This document shows, piece by piece, positions 38,851-47,298 of a stretch of 60,904 nucleotides of DNA. Within the stretch, counting starts at the first letter, position 1. Every line of letters starts with the position of its first letter. Made by a program: the position numbers and the translations under genes. Source of the DNA: an uncultured Candidatus Bathyarchaeia archaeon (GTDB taxonomy: Archaea > Thermoproteota > CALKCG01 > B24); assembly GCA_964568845.1 (NCBI GenBank), contig CAZMSC010000008.1:1-60904 (forward strand). The letters are read 5' to 3'. Under the pieces are notes generated by a model. That model searched no databases. It worked only from the letters and a program-made list of their open reading frames with translations, and was not told where the DNA came from.

Positions 38851-39657
38851 GTGAAAGCTTTGGAGAACCTACGGAGAATATTTAGGGGAAGCCTATTCCT
38901 ATCATCTATGATGGGGATTACCAATGGAGAGTTCTGCGCGGAGAGGGGTTTAGGCACGGCTATGGTTCAACTCGGAGCCTATTTAGCCGAGCCGCCCATG
39001 CATGGTGTTTTAGAGCCGGGCTTAATCCTTCCACCTGAGAGGAAAGACTGCGTAGAGTTTCTATCTAAAGAGGTTGAGGAGGTCAAGAAGAGACTGAACG
39101 TATCCGTATGTTTAAACCTAGCGACTCTAAAACTTGAATGGGGGCTCGAAGCCTCTGAATGTTTCAGAGAAGCTGGTGGGGATTTCGTAGAGCTTAACGT
39201 TCACGGAGGCTACAAGCGCTACTTAGAGCAGGGCAAGCTTAGAGCCATGGTTCTACCTGAGAATAGAAACGAATTGTTCAACTGGCTTGAAGGATTCTCA
39301 AAGCTCGATATCCCAGTAATTGTAAAGTTCAGAATGGGTGTAACACCGGATTACAGCCCCATACTTGATAGAATAACTGGGATGAACATTTTCGGAGTAC
39401 ATTTTAACGTGAGAGACGAAACCTCTAAACGTCCAAATGTAGAATTCGTAAGGAAGGTTAAAAACCGATACAGTGATATTTTCCTACTGGTAAGCGGCTA
39501 TGTTAGATCCGTTGAAGACGCCATAACGCTTTTCAACGCAGGTGCAGATATGGTCGGTATAGCCGAGCCTACCATAAACGATCCAAGCTACATAGCAAAC
39601 ATAGCCGATGGGTTGAAGACTTATAAACTCAAGGGAGGATTTCAAGCACTTCCCTAG
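38851..39657 (+). CDS. Dihydrouridine synthase-like FMN TIM-barrel protein
   Basis: LSSMMGITNGEF, VELNVH, PVIVKFR, SGYVRS.EDA...GADMVGIA. Confidence 0.7.
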   Translation: MKALENLRRIFRGSLFLSSMMGITNGEFCAERGLGTAMVQLGAYLAEPPMHGVLEPGLILPPERKDCVEFLSKEVEEVKKRLNVSVCLNLATLKLEWGLEASECFREAGGDFVELNVHGGYKRYLEQGKLRAMVLPENRNELFNWLEGFSKLDIPVIVKFRMGVTPDYSPILDRITGMNIFGVHFNVRDETSKRPNVEFVRKVKNRYSDIFLLVSGYVRSVEDAITLFNAGADMVGIAEPTINDPSYIANIADGLKTYKLKGGFQALP

Positions 39658-40462
39658 CCCTCTCAACCAGCAGATTCGCATCCTTCTCAGGTAGACCAGC
39701 CTCTAGGAGCCTGGAAGCCGTTGAATCGGCCAACTGTTTAACGGTCACATAGCCCATATCGATAACCCTGTACAGAGCATTCAATTCAAACCCCCTTAAA
39801 ATAGTAACCGGATACAGTTTAAATTCCACTATGAGCTTTTCAAGATCCATAGCATCTACAGCACCCCAGCCTAGCAGACCGATACCTCTACACTTAGCAT
39901 ACCTATAGGCGTGGTTTGTAAATTTAGTATTCGTCGCCACCAAAGGCTTTGAAATATCCAGCTTATTCAAACCCTTCTCATAACCCTCTCTAATATCCAG
40001 CATCGTAGCCCACACCTTCTCAACCACCTCTAAATCAACATACTTATGCGGGTTCATATGATGCTTAACCTCAACGTATATAAACCCATCGCCTCTGGAG
40101 GCGAGCACATCTACCTCATGCTCTATACAGAAACCCTGTACGATAATGTTCCGCTCAACATCATAGCCGAGGTTTCTGAAGATCTGAGAGATGAAGTTTT
40201 CGAAATCCGGTTTAGACCTTAGCAGACTTAGACTAGTCCTCAGGTCAACCCTATACGCCATAGCTGGCTTATACTCAGCCATTATCCTGAAAACTGTACT
40301 CAGTACTTCACGCGTGGATATACCATCGTAAACCTGCTCTTCAACCCTCTTAGAGACTTTTTCAGCAAGCTCTACGGAGCCGCACAGCTTAAGACATGTT
40401 TTGAAAACCTTCCCCCTGTTAAACGGCTCGCTAGCTCCATCCGCTTTAACAACCATAACCAC
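39629..40462 (-). CDS. ATP-cone + Mrr-like PD-(D/E)xK nuclease domain protein
   Basis: VVKADG..EPF ATP cone, FENFISQIF, HEVDVLA, VEVKHH, TNTKFT. Confidence 0.85.
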   Translation of the reverse strand: MVMVVKADGASEPFNRGKVFKTCLKLCGSVELAEKVSKRVEEQVYDGISTREVLSTVFRIMAEYKPAMAYRVDLRTSLSLLRSKPDFENFISQIFRNLGYDVERNIIVQGFCIEHEVDVLASRGDGFIYVEVKHHMNPHKYVDLEVVEKVWATMLDIREGYEKGLNKLDISKPLVATNTKFTNHAYRYAKCRGIGLLGWGAVDAMDLEKLIVEFKLYPVTILRGFELNALYRVIDMGYVTVKQLADSTASRLLEAGLPEKDANLLVERAREVLEILP

Positions 40463-41385
40463 TACTTTCCACCCCTCTTAGACCTCACATACTCGAATGC
40501 TGAAACGGCCGCAACATAGCCTTCACCTACCGCTTTAGCGAGGCTTAAAGGCGGTCCACATAAATCTCCACATGCAAAAACACCCTCCACATCCGTCGCC
40601 TGGCCTCTATCAACCTTCAAATAGCCGGAGGAATCTGGAAGCAAACCTATGCTAGACGTAAGCTCTAAAACGCCTCTTGAGCCGAGCTCTATAAACACCC
40701 CTTGAACGCTCACCACGCTTTCATCATCCAGCAGAACGCCCTCGACCCTCTGCTCACCCAATATTTCAACAACCCTCCTACCTTCAACTACGACCACACC
40801 TCTGCTTTTAAGCTCTTCAAACAGACGGCTTGAGAATCCTATCCTCCTCGCTATGAGAGAGACCTTAGAGGCGTAATTCGCCATGAGTAAAGTAGCGTAA
40901 GCAGCAGCACTACCATCCCCAACCACGGCCACGTCTAACCCTTTAAAGAAAACACAGTCACACTCTGCACAATAGCTCACCCCTCTACCTATAAGCCTGT
41001 CTTCACCTTTAACGTTCAACCTGTTCCTCCTAGCACCCATAGCAAGTATTACGGCGTCTGCTAAAACCTCAACTCCACTCTCAGTCTTCAGCTTGAAGAG
41101 AGCCCCATCCCTATGCAACTCAACAACATCCTCCTCAATCATCTCCACGTTTTTAGACTTAACCTGTTCTAAACCGGTTTCGAGAAGTTTAACACCTTCA
41201 ATAGGGCCCAATACGCCGAAGTAGTCGTCTATACGCGCATACCTTAGAGAGCTACCGCTCGGCTTACCGATTAGGAGAACATTCATCTTACGCTTAGCAG
41301 CCGTTATCGCAGCCTGCACTCCCGCAGGTCCACATCCAACAACCGCAACGTCTACTCTTCTAACAGAGCCCACAGACTCTATCAT
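40462..41385 (-). CDS. trxB: Thioredoxin reductase-like flavoprotein
   Basis: VVGCGPAG, GRGVSYCAECD (CxxC), VVGDGSAA, GVFACGD. Confidence 0.85.
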   Translation of the reverse strand: MIESVGSVRRVDVAVVGCGPAGVQAAITAAKRKMNVLLIGKPSGSSLRYARIDDYFGVLGPIEGVKLLETGLEQVKSKNVEMIEEDVVELHRDGALFKLKTESGVEVLADAVILAMGARRNRLNVKGEDRLIGRGVSYCAECDCVFFKGLDVAVVGDGSAAAYATLLMANYASKVSLIARRIGFSSRLFEELKSRGVVVVEGRRVVEILGEQRVEGVLLDDESVVSVQGVFIELGSRGVLELTSSIGLLPDSSGYLKVDRGQATDVEGVFACGDLCGPPLSLAKAVGEGYVAAVSAFEYVRSKRGGK

Positions 41386-41455
41386 ACAATTCTTCTAAAT
41401 GTAGGGTGAGGGTATAAATCTATTCTAGAAAAGCTTTATTTTATCGCGTATTGAG

Positions 41456-42379
41456 TTATGGATACTTCGTGTAGCTTGTTATCTTACGTTGCCTCGTATC
41501 ATCCCGTAGACTTATTACATATTTTATAAGATCCTCAACGCTGTTAAAACTAAGCCTTAAAAGGGTTCTGAAATACCAATCCCGGCATTTGAGGCCAGCA
41601 AGTATGGAACCTGAAACAACGGCTTTATTCAAATCTTTAGTGAGCATGTAGCCTGCTAGAAATCCTCCACACCATACATCTCCGGCACCAGTCACATCAA
41701 CTGTTTCACCGGGTAGTTTTGTTAACGCAGGTATGAGCATTATATCACCATCCCTCTTAACTACAGCTCCGAGCTCTCCCAAAGTCACTATTAGTGTTTC
41801 CGTTTCGAGTTTCGCCACCGCTCTAGGTAGATTTCTCAAACCAGTTAAAGCGTAGGCTTCAGACTCATTTAATACGAAGAAGTCTGCTTTCCTAGCTACC
41901 TCCCTTAAAGTGTTTAAAGTGCTTTTACGGATGTATCCAATCCACGTGTTGACGGATATCAGCGTTTTTGGACTCACCCTCCTAATAAAGTCTATTGTTT
42001 TGAGGACTTTTTGAGGAGACATGGGTGCTAGGTGGAGAATTGTCTCATCTCCAAGCCAACTGACTGGTATCTGAGAATGCTTTATGTACACTCCAGTCCC
42101 TATCTTAACCTCTAAGTAGTCTGCCTTCCAATCTTCATCGTATTTTATCGTGAAGCTTGTCGACGGTTTAGATGAGACCTTTATGCCTTTAAGGTTGAAA
42201 CATCGTAGAACATCCATATGCGCGTAGTCTTTACCTATGCATGTCACCAGGTCTACGTTTCTAACCAGGGTTTTAGCAGCTATGGCAGTGTAGAGGGCAG
42301 CCCCTCCGGGCTGACGGCTTTCACCTTTAACCGTTATAACTTTGTCCGCTGAAACATGTCCCATGACTACGATCCTCAA
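41456..42379 (-). CDS. PfkB family carbohydrate/nucleoside kinase
   Basis: PGGAA, NESEA, VTLGELG, VDVTGAGDVWCGGF. Confidence 0.9.
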   Translation of the reverse strand: MRIVVMGHVSADKVITVKGESRQPGGAALYTAIAAKTLVRNVDLVTCIGKDYAHMDVLRCFNLKGIKVSSKPSTSFTIKYDEDWKADYLEVKIGTGVYIKHSQIPVSWLGDETILHLAPMSPQKVLKTIDFIRRVSPKTLISVNTWIGYIRKSTLNTLREVARKADFFVLNESEAYALTGLRNLPRAVAKLETETLIVTLGELGAVVKRDGDIMLIPALTKLPGETVDVTGAGDVWCGGFLAGYMLTKDLNKAVVSGSILAGLKCRDWYFRTLLRLSFNSVEDLIKYVISLRDDTRQRKITSYTKYP

Positions 42380-42481
42380 ATACTTCCGTCTCCTGAGACT
42401 TACTACATTAAACCTTATCCTCAGATATTCTTAAACAGGATTACTACAGATAAACGTATTTTTAAGTGCCATCGCATTTAA

Positions 42482-43150
42482 ATGGGTACTGTGATTGGTA
42501 TGAAAGTGTTTAATGTAGAATGTAGAGTTGTAGATTTAAGCCTTAAACTGTATCCCGGTAAGGAGAAGCGTAGGCTTGAAATCAGAAGGTTCAGCTATAC
42601 TGCTGGAGAATACATGTATGATATAGATACTATGAGCCACATAGGTACGCACGTTGAGTGCCCATCCCACTACGTAAATGCCAGGTACGGGGTTAACGGT
42701 GCGGATCTATCAGAAATCCCGGTTGAAGTGTTTCTAGGTGAGGCCGTTTTTGTAGACTTATCTCATAAGTCTGCCCGTGAGCCTGTAACGGTCGAAGACC
42801 TTGAAAGAGCCGGCGTACGAGAAGGGGATATAGTTCTCATAGGTAACAGCCGTTTTACAGGTGAAGACAGCCCTTATATTTCACCTGAAGCCGCTAAATG
42901 GCTTGCCGAGAATAGGGTTAAAATGGTCGGCGTAGACGACTCCGTTCAGGTTGAAGCTCCTGGAAGCACAAGCTCTCTTGAACTTATGGCAACACATGAC
43001 TACCTACTCTCGAACAACATCCCCATAATAGAGAGGTTGTGCAACTTAGATAGGCTTAGAAAACGTAGATTCCTATTCATAGGTCTACCCGTAAACATAG
43101 TCGGATTGGATTCATTTCCAATAAGAGCCGTTGCGTTAGAGCCTGTATGA
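42482..43150 (+). CDS. Cyclase / kynurenine formamidase family metal hydrolase
   Basis: HIGTHVECP.H, VGVD, H..LL...IPIIE.L.NL, PIRAVA. Confidence 0.88.
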   Translation: MGTVIGMKVFNVECRVVDLSLKLYPGKEKRRLEIRRFSYTAGEYMYDIDTMSHIGTHVECPSHYVNARYGVNGADLSEIPVEVFLGEAVFVDLSHKSAREPVTVEDLERAGVREGDIVLIGNSRFTGEDSPYISPEAAKWLAENRVKMVGVDDSVQVEAPGSTSSLELMATHDYLLSNNIPIIERLCNLDRLRKRRFLFIGLPVNIVGLDSFPIRAVALEPV

Positions 43151-43203
43151 AAACCCAGTTAGGCTTATTAGCACACCTGTATGTTCTATGGGTGGGTTTA
43201 AAC

Positions 43204-44310
43204 TTGACTCCACGTGAGAGGATACTGGCCGTTTTTGAAAGGAAGCCCAGAGATAAGATACCTTGGAATATTAGACCGGAGTTCTGGTATGTGTACAATA
43301 AGGCTAAGGGCACTCTCCCGGTTAAGTATATGGATAAAGACATAGCGGAGATATGTGAAGAGTGGGGTGCGAGCTGGAGGTGCTACTCCGGGTATTTCGT
43401 AGAAAGCTTTGTAAAAGTATGGTATGAGGGGGATGTAGAGTTTAAAACAAGACGCAACGGCAACCTGATAATGACCGAGGTTGAAACACCTAAGGGTGTG
43501 CTTAGAGAAGTATCTATGCTTGGAGAGCTCGGACTGTCCTCTAGACTCGTCGAATACCCGGTTAAAAGCTTAGAGGATTTTAAGCCCCTACGTTATATTC
43601 TCGAAAACGTCAGGGTGGAATTTGATAGGAAGGTATATGATAATATGAAGCTTAAGCTTAGAGACCGCGGCGTACTTTGGTGTTTCTTCCCCCGCTCACC
43701 TCTGCAGGCATTATTCATAAACTACATGGGTGTTGAAAGGTCTATACGATTTCTATTCAGGTACAGGTGTGAAGTTGAAAGTTTGATGGGGGATATTAAA
43801 GCATCCAACGACAGGTTTTACGAAGTTTTAGCCCGATCTCCAGTTGAAATATTAAACTTGGGTGAGAATATAGACTCCCGAATAACGTCGCCCAAACTTT
43901 TTGAGAAATACTGTGTACCCTATTATCAGGAGAGGAGCGACTACCTACATAAGCACGGTAAGTACGTCCACATCCACGTAGATGGATGGGCTAAACCTAT
44001 TCTACCGCTTCTAAGGGAAACCGGACTAGACGGTGTGGAGGCTTTGACAGTTGAACCAGTAGGAGACATGACACTTGAAGACATCAAAAACGCCCTTGGA
44101 GATGAAATGGTTCTACTAGATGGGATACCCTTCATATTCTTCATACCAGAGGCAATAAGCTTGGAGAAGTTCGACAAATTCGTCGAGAAGATAATATCGA
44201 TGTTCCCAGACAACTTGGTATTGGGTATTTCCGATGAGTTGCCTCCACCGTCGGATGAAAGCAGGGTGAAAAGGGTCTCCGAGATCATCGATCGAACCTT
44301 TAAACGTTGA
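43204..44310 (+). CDS. Uroporphyrinogen decarboxylase / MtaA-CmuA superfamily protein
   Basis: MTPRERILAVFE...DKIP start (TTG 43204), SPKLFEKY, HIHVDG, LLDGIP, DELPP. Confidence 0.8.
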   Translation: MTPRERILAVFERKPRDKIPWNIRPEFWYVYNKAKGTLPVKYMDKDIAEICEEWGASWRCYSGYFVESFVKVWYEGDVEFKTRRNGNLIMTEVETPKGVLREVSMLGELGLSSRLVEYPVKSLEDFKPLRYILENVRVEFDRKVYDNMKLKLRDRGVLWCFFPRSPLQALFINYMGVERSIRFLFRYRCEVESLMGDIKASNDRFYEVLARSPVEILNLGENIDSRITSPKLFEKYCVPYYQERSDYLHKHGKYVHIHVDGWAKPILPLLRETGLDGVEALTVEPVGDMTLEDIKNALGDEMVLLDGIPFIFFIPEAISLEKFDKFVEKIISMFPDNLVLGISDELPPPSDESRVKRVSEIIDRTFKR

Positions 44311-44354
44311 GACTTTCTCAAGCACGATAAGCCTTTAAATAGGGAAATGGAGTA

Positions 44355-45632
44355 TTGCAGTATGTGAGCTATCCTATGAGTGGGGAGGAGTTAGCCCTTT
44401 ATGGAGGTAAGCCTGTACGCGACAAACCCCTACCTCCGATGTTCCCGGGAGCAACGTTCATAGATGTTGAAGAGGAGGAGGAGGTTTTAGAGGTTTTAAA
44501 AGCCCAATCCCTGTTTAGATATTATGGACCTAGGTTTCTAGGTAAAACTGAGAAGTTTGAGAAAGCCTTCGCAGACTACATAGGTGTTAAACATACGTTA
44601 GCTGTAAGCTCGGGTACCGGAGCGTTATGTACAGCTCTAGCCGCAGTAGGCGTCGGTCCAGGGGATGAAGTGATAATACCTGGCTTCTCCTGGATAATGG
44701 ACGCTATGGCTGTGCTGTTTTTGAGAGCAATACCCGTGATAGCTGAGATTGATGAGACACTATCAGTAGACCCTGAAGACCTTGAGAGAAAAATATCTGA
44801 TAAGACGAAGGCTTTAATAGCCGTACATATGAGGGGCTTCCAATGCGACATGGACCGTATAAGGAAAGTGGCTGTGGAATATGGAGTTAAAGTGGTGGAA
44901 GACGTGGCTCAAGCATGCGGCGGCTCGTATAGAGGTAGAAGACTTGGGTCCATAGGAGACGTAGCAGCATTCAGCTTTCAGCTTAACAAAGCCATAACTG
45001 CTGGTGAGGGGGGAGCCGTTACCACAAACGACGATGACGCATACATTAAAGCCGCCGTCTTCCACGACGCCCCATTCTACTTAAGGTTTGGAGCTGAGCC
45101 TAGCCTAGGGCTCAATTTTAGGCTTAATGAGGTTTCAGCGGCAATACTATTAGCTCAGCTTCGCAAAATAGACAGCATAATCTCTAGAATGAGGAAGCGT
45201 AAAGCCAACATAGTTAAAGCATTATCCGGACTGGACGGGATAGAGGTTCATAAGCCTGTAGATCCTCAGGGCGATATAGCCGTAGCCGTTGTGATTTTCC
45301 TAGAAAGCTTTGAAAAAGCCGAGCTTTTCGCCAGGGCCTTAAACGCCGAGAACATAGGTGCTTGGCACTTATTCAACCCGAACAGGAAGGACCTTCACGT
45401 ATACTACCACTGGGATACGGTCATGAATAAGGTCTCCTTCGCCTCTAAAGGTTGCCCATATACGTGTCCACTCTACGGCAAATCCATAGAGTATACTAGG
45501 GAGATGTGTCCAAAGACTTTAAAAATCCTAAGCAGAGCCGTCAACATAGATGTGAGCCCTCTTCTCACGGATGAAGATGAAGCCACGATAATAGAGGGTG
45601 TTGAGAAAGTAGCTAAGTCGATCCTACGATAA
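44355..45632 (+). CDS. DegT/DnrJ/EryC1/StrS PLP-dependent aminotransferase
   Basis: SSGTGAL, GPGDEVI, VHMRG, EDVAQA, FSFQLNKAITAGEGG (PLP Lys). Confidence 0.92.
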   Translation: MQYVSYPMSGEELALYGGKPVRDKPLPPMFPGATFIDVEEEEEVLEVLKAQSLFRYYGPRFLGKTEKFEKAFADYIGVKHTLAVSSGTGALCTALAAVGVGPGDEVIIPGFSWIMDAMAVLFLRAIPVIAEIDETLSVDPEDLERKISDKTKALIAVHMRGFQCDMDRIRKVAVEYGVKVVEDVAQACGGSYRGRRLGSIGDVAAFSFQLNKAITAGEGGAVTTNDDDAYIKAAVFHDAPFYLRFGAEPSLGLNFRLNEVSAAILLAQLRKIDSIISRMRKRKANIVKALSGLDGIEVHKPVDPQGDIAVAVVIFLESFEKAELFARALNAENIGAWHLFNPNRKDLHVYYHWDTVMNKVSFASKGCPYTCPLYGKSIEYTREMCPKTLKILSRAVNIDVSPLLTDEDEATIIEGVEKVAKSILR

Positions 45633-46895
45633 ACCAATATAGTCTCTGTTTTCTGCGTAGACAACCCGCCCTCTGACAACCGTCAAAAGCACTCTAAGCT
45701 TTTTATCTAAAACCACAAGGTCTCCATCAAAGCCAGACGCTATAAAACCCTTCCTATTTGAAACACCTAAGAGTTTGGCCGGTATACTGCTAGCCATGAG
45801 CAAGACTTCCTTCATTGGATACTCTATGTTTCTCATAAATCTAACGGCGTCAACCATAGATATTGTCGTACTGGCGAAGGAACGCATATCACGCGTATAG
45901 GATATACCGTCTTTAACCACAGCCTCGGAGCCGTATGCATTTGAACCCAGCTTATATATTCCATCAGGCATACCCGCAGCCCTCATGGCATCGGTGACAA
46001 GGCATAGCCTTCTAAAACCCTTGGTTTTCACGGCCAAACGTATGAGGATCGGGTGGACATGCCTCCCATCAGCTATAATCTCAGCCATCACACCACCTAA
46101 CGCTAAAACGGATTCTAAAGCCCCCGGTATCCTATATGGCCCACGTTTAAACGAAACACCTAGAGCATTATACAAATGAGTCGTATGCCTCAATCCCACG
46201 TCGTAAGCTTTAACCACGACGTCATATGGAGCGTTTGAATGCCCTATGCTAACTACAACGTTCCTGCTGGAGAAGGCTTTAACGGCTTTAACCCCACCTG
46301 AAACCTCCGGCGCTATCGTGACCCTCCTGATGACGTCTGCATGCTCTAAAAGCGGCTTTACGAGTTCTTCACTAGGTGTCTGCAGAAGCTCTGCTGGATG
46401 TGCTCCACGCATATCAGGGTTTAGAAACGGCCCTTCTAGATGTAGTCCAAGTGTTTCAGCCCCATTTGTAGAAACGTTTGAGAATTTCCTAAAAGTCTCC
46501 AGAATCTTAAACGTATAATCTACAGGTGAAGATAATATTGTAGCTAGGAGTGAGGTGGTTCCACCGCGTACGTGGTATTTACAAACTTCATTAAAGGCCT
46601 CAAAGCTTCCATCTGCGAAATCGTAGCCTCCACCTCCATGAACGTGAACATCTATAAAACCCGGTACGCATACCCCGTCGTTGAATCTGAGGACTGTTGC
46701 ATCTTTAACCTTTTCAAAGTCATCGCCCACGTAGTCTATCTTACCATTTTTTAAAACCACAACACCATTTCTAATCAGAGTGTTCGGAGTGTAGATTCTC
46801 CCAGCTCTTATCGCTAAGACCACGTAGCTTAGGAAATACTCATCACCTTTAAAAATTTTCGGAATACCGCAAGTCTTTGAGGGTAAAAGCTTCAA
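45624..46895 (-). CDS. nagA: N-acetylglucosamine-6-phosphate deacetylase
   Basis: PGFIDVHVHG, HLEGPF, GAH, TIAPE, GHS, THLYN, DGRHVHP, TDAM. The start is probably near 46823. Confidence 0.92.
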   Translation of the reverse strand: MKLLPSKTCGIPKIFKGDEYFLSYVVLAIRAGRIYTPNTLIRNGVVVLKNGKIDYVGDDFEKVKDATVLRFNDGVCVPGFIDVHVHGGGGYDFADGSFEAFNEVCKYHVRGGTTSLLATILSSPVDYTFKILETFRKFSNVSTNGAETLGLHLEGPFLNPDMRGAHPAELLQTPSEELVKPLLEHADVIRRVTIAPEVSGGVKAVKAFSSRNVVVSIGHSNAPYDVVVKAYDVGLRHTTHLYNALGVSFKRGPYRIPGALESVLALGGVMAEIIADGRHVHPILIRLAVKTKGFRRLCLVTDAMRAAGMPDGIYKLGSNAYGSEAVVKDGISYTRDMRSFASTTISMVDAVRFMRNIEYPMKEVLLMASSIPAKLLGVSNRKGFIASGFDGDLVVLDKKLRVLLTVVRGRVVYAENRDYIGLS

Positions 46896-47065
46896 ATTTA
46901 GATGCGGGTTTAAACTTTACCAGACTCTTGAAGATTTTCTATCTTATAAATGTGCATACCCTTCTCATTAAATGATCGAATTAAGTTAAAAACACGTATC
47001 TTTGAAGTCTTTTTAAACTAGCCTCCACCTCCAAACTTCTATATCGTAGAAAGCGCCCATAAAAG

Positions 47066-47254
47066 GTGATGATACACAGCGAAGCCGAAGCCCTATCTAA
47101 ATGTCATGGGGAGCTGGTGTTTAAGAGAACCATCATTTTCATAGACAAGCCTTATAGAGAATACAGGTGTAGTAAATGTGATAAATGGGTCTACCTACCA
47201 GATGCATCGGACACAGATGAGAAGTTCTGCTTTGAAACACAGATAAGAATATGA
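47066..47254 (+). CDS. Small zinc-ribbon-like protein
   Basis: KCHGEL...YRCSKCDKW; SD-like AGGTGA at the start. Confidence 0.45.
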   Translation: MMIHSEAEALSKCHGELVFKRTIIFIDKPYREYRCSKCDKWVYLPDASDTDEKFCFETQIRI

Positions 47255-47298
47255 GCTCGGGATAACTGTTAAAAAGGCTTAAAGGGTGAAGCTAAACG

